Assembly (NCBI GenBank): GCA_038247415.1
Contig: JBBRUX010000057.1
Span: 1 to 23,150, forward strand
DNA from: Chitinivibrionales bacterium
GTDB lineage: Bacteria; Fibrobacterota; Chitinivibrionia; Chitinivibrionales; WJKA01
DNA length: 23,150 nucleotides
Reading direction: 5' to 3'
Shown here: piece after piece, positions 16,945 through 23,150 of the stretch
Position numbering within the stretch: position 1 is the stretch's first letter
Layout: each line of letters starts with the position of its first letter
Translations under genes and position numbers: made by a program
The notes under the pieces: generated by a model
The model's database searches: none
What the model was told of the DNA's origin: nothing
The model's input: only the letters and a program-made list of their open reading frames with translations

Positions 16945-16977
16945 GTAAGGGCGTATTGAATTCGCCCAATTCGCCCC
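16945..16977. repeat. REP-like imperfect palindrome
   Basis: GTAAGGGCGTATTGAATTCGCCC followed by AATTCGCCCC; similar to the 15391 element. Confidence 0.5.
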
Positions 16978-17073
16978 AAAAACAGATTCCTATCATCATT
17001 TCTGTCCTTTTATTATATAATGATAAAAGTCTATGCCAATCTCTGAATTGTTCAAAAGAAAGGCTTCGTATTG

Positions 17074-19962
<2,889 letters not shown>

Positions 19963-20205
19963 AGAAATCTCCCCTAGCAGCCTTTCGCCAATGAGGCGTC
20001 ATATTTTGTTTATCAAACATTAGCTAAAAACCTCGTGGAAATTTATAGTATTCTATCGTATACTCCTCTATAGCTTGGGATTGCGATATCTCGTCCCTTC
20101 GTAACTTCGGCATTGCTCAATACCCCGCTCCGCTCTGGGCAGACGTGTTAAAGCGTGCGAAGAGGCACCAGCAGAAAAATGAATATTCTCCATAGAGGTA
20201 TGAAA

Positions 20206-23150
20206 ATGAATAAGACTTCTGATATCACCGCGCGTAATTATATGGAAAAGACATATCGACAAAGCGATGCCCGTTTTAAGGAAGTCCTGGAAAACTCCAT
20301 CGACGCGTCCTATAAACGCAATTTGCAAACAAATTCTTATGATTACATGAGCCCGGTATTCGTAAGAATTTCCGGATATACACCAGCTGAAATGATGGTC
20401 CTACCGATTGAAGATGTTTTTAATATGATGCATACAGATGAGCAGCCAGAAGTCAATCGTGTGATTGGTGTGTCAATGACGGATTCACCTGGCAAGCACT
20501 TTGAATTGGAGTATCGTTTTAAACACAAGAATGGACAATGGCGCTGGTTTTTGGATCGTTTTACTGTTCTTCGGGACAAAAACGGGCAGCCCCAGGCACT
20601 TATTGGAAGTGTTGGTGATATAACCAGCCGAAAACAAGCGGAAATAGCACTAAAGCAAAGCGAAGAAAAATTCAAATCCTATATCGATAAAGCGCCGGAT
20701 GGAGTATTTATTGCCGATGAAATGGGACACTACCTTGAGGTTAATCCAGCCGCATGCGCTATTACTGGGTATTCCAGAGAAGAACTGATTACTCTTTCCG
20801 TACCGGATTTAATTCCGCTCGAATATGCAGAGGATGCTGGCAAACATTTTCAAAGAGTAGTTGAAGAAGGTGCTACTTCCGGTGATCTGTATTTTAAAAC
20901 AAAGGCTAGTGAAGTTCGACAATGGAGCGTTGATGCCGTCAGACTTGCATCTGGCAGAGTCCTCGGTTTTATCAAAGACATTACCGAGCGTAAGAACGCA
21001 GAGCTGTACCGGAATCTGTCCAACGATGTATTCGCGATACTCAATGAATCTACCGACTTTAAAGATTCTATCCAGTCCATTCTTGCCGCTATAAGGCAAA
21101 CAACCTGCTGCGATGCAGTTGGAATTCGGCTGCAAACCGGCGAGGATTTCCCCTATTTTCTTCACAATGGTTTTACCAGCGATTTTCTGCTTACCGAAAA
21201 CACACTGATTGAGCGCGACCATAGCGGAGGGGTTTGTTGCAAGCCTGATCGTACGGTCTCTCTGGAATGCATCTGCGGTCTGGTAATTTCAGGCAAGACT
21301 GATCCATCAAATTCGCTGTTCACAAATGGCGGAAGCGCATGGACCAACGATAGTCTTCCGTTGTTGGATATTCCGGAAAAGGATGATCCTCGCCATAATC
21401 CCCGCAACCAGTGCGTTCACAAAGGCTACGCATCCGTTGCGCTTGTGCCGATCCGCACACAAAACAGCATCGTAGGACTTCTGCAAATCAATGGGTATAA
21501 AAAAGGCCTTTTTACGCTTGACACTATCCATGCGCTGGAAGGAATCGCATCGCACATAGGCTATGCGATTCTGCGCAAACAGACAGAATCCGAACTCCTC
21601 AAAACCAACCACCGCCTTGAAGAAGCCACTGCACGAGCCAACGCGATGGCTTCTCAGGCCGACGAGGCCAACCGTGCCAAAAGCGATTTTCTTGCCAATA
21701 TGAGCCATGAAATCCGCACTCCCATGAACGGGGTGATCGGCATGACCGGCTTGCTTCTGGATACAAATCTCGATAAATCGCAAATGCGCTATGCCCAGAC
21801 CATACGCAATAGCGGCGAGACGCTCATGGTACTGCTCAATGATATCCTTGACTATTCAAAGATTGAGGCCGGCAAACTTGATTTGGAGAAAACAGACTTT
21901 GATCTTCGTGCAATGCTTGACGACTTCGCCGCAATGCAATCGCTTCGCGCCAGGGAAAAGAAGCTCGAATTTGTTTGTTCCGTAGCAACCGATGTGCCTA
22001 CTCTGCTGTGCGGTGATCCTGGCCGGTTGCGACAGATTTTGGTGAACCTCGCAGGAAATGCGATAAAGTTCACAGCCAAAGGCGAAGTCGTTGTTTTGGT
22101 AAAATTGCAGATAGCAACAACCAGCGATGTCTTGTTGCGCGTTTAGATAAAGGACACCGGCATTGGCATTCCAGTCGATAAACAATACATGCTATTTCAG
22201 AAGTTTACACAAGTTGACTCCTCTACTACGACACGGAAATATGGTGGAACAGGATTAGGTCTTACTATTTCAAAACAGTTATCCGAAATGATGGGCGGGG
22301 AAATTGGTCTTACCAGCGCCGAAGGCATTGGTTCGGAGTTCTGGTTTACCGCTCGCCTTGCAAGACAAACGTCGTTGCCGCTTGAGTGTTTGCCTTTGAC
22401 AGATCTTGCCGGGATGCATATCTTGGTGGTTGACGATAACGCAACAAACCGCGATGTGCTCGTAACGCAACTTACGAGTTGGGGGATGGCAGTAGAGGAA
22501 GTTGTAGATGGAACTGCAGCCTTAATGGCAATCCATCGTGCAAAGAATGCCGGCATGCCATTTGTCGTGGCATTGATTGACATGCGAATGCCCAGCATGA
22601 ATGGCGCTGAGTTGGCGCAGGAAATAAAGGCTGATGCAACAAACAATGGTTTGCGATTGATACTGATGACGTCTGTACCAGAAAGGGGTGATGTAAAGCA
22701 TATGCAAGAGATCGGCTTTGCCGCCTACCTAACCAAGCCCATCAGGCAGTCTGATCTTTATAATTGCATGGCACTTGCCTTGAGCGCCACAACCGTAATG
22801 CAACCAGCGCGGACTATCATCACCCGCCATTCCATTCGCGAAATAAATCGAAGGAATATTCGCATTCTCATTGCCGAAGACAATATTGTCAATCAGGAGG
22901 TAGCGTTAGGGATCCTCAATAACTTTGGGTTGAGCGCAGAGGCTGTAGCAAATGGCTTAGAAGCCATCAAGGCTCTTGAAATGATCCCCTACGATCTGGT
23001 ACTCATGGATGTCCAGATGCCGAATATGGATGGCTATGAGGCTACCTCGCATATACGTGATCCAAAATCCGGGGTTACCAATCACGCTATTCCCATTATC
23101 GCCATGACGGCAAATGCCATGCAGGGGGACAGAGAAAAATGCCTGGCTGC
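20206..23150 (+). pseudogene. Cytoplasmic hybrid histidine kinase (PAS-PAS-GAF-HisKA-HATPase-REC-REC) interrupted by an in-frame TAG at 22144-22146; continues past the window end
   Basis: H-box [16 protein letters not shown]-box [10 protein letters not shown]; then LLRV*IKDTGIGI, FTQVDSSTTTRKYGGTGLGL; REC1 (ILVVDDN, LIDMRMP, LTKP) and REC2 (LIAEDN, VLMDVQMP, AMTANAM), all in one frame. Start 20206 chosen for GAGG spacing; 20179 is also possible. Confidence 0.75.

Noticed and set aside
16943..16975. Third copy of the ECF promoter (TTGTAAGG)
   Set aside because: No TCGACT box at the right spacing; it is part of the REP-like element.

Overview
Bacterial window of roughly mid-range GC, probably from a diderm, motile organism (lipoproteins, a beta-barrel-like protein, a chemoreceptor and large hybrid kinases). 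The left end holds the 5' part of a Cache-domain methyl-accepting chemotaxis protein on the minus strand. The core (about 2.1-15.4 kb) is an arsenosugar-type cluster. Its left half encodes a TIGR04282/DUF2064 transferase, a DPM-synthase-like GT2, a GT-C glycosyltransferase, an exported conserved protein, a YdjY-domain protein and DUF547. Its right half encodes a putative outer-membrane protein, an AhpD/CMD-like protein, the radical SAM enzyme ArsS, a FAD oxidoreductase and a membrane polyferredoxin. Between the halves sits a redox-stress module: an ECF sigma and zinc anti-sigma pair, divergent from a lipoprotein MsrAB and a tandem-domain lipoprotein. Both of the latter genes are preceded by a near-identical motif, TTGTAAGGTTTG-N10/11-TCGACTAC, a likely ECF promoter. 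The right end has an alpha/beta-hydrolase lipoprotein flanked by REP-like palindromes and two PAS hybrid histidine kinases. The second kinase is interrupted by a single in-frame TAG in its ATPase domain. All family calls rest on motif recognition by eye; no database searches were run.
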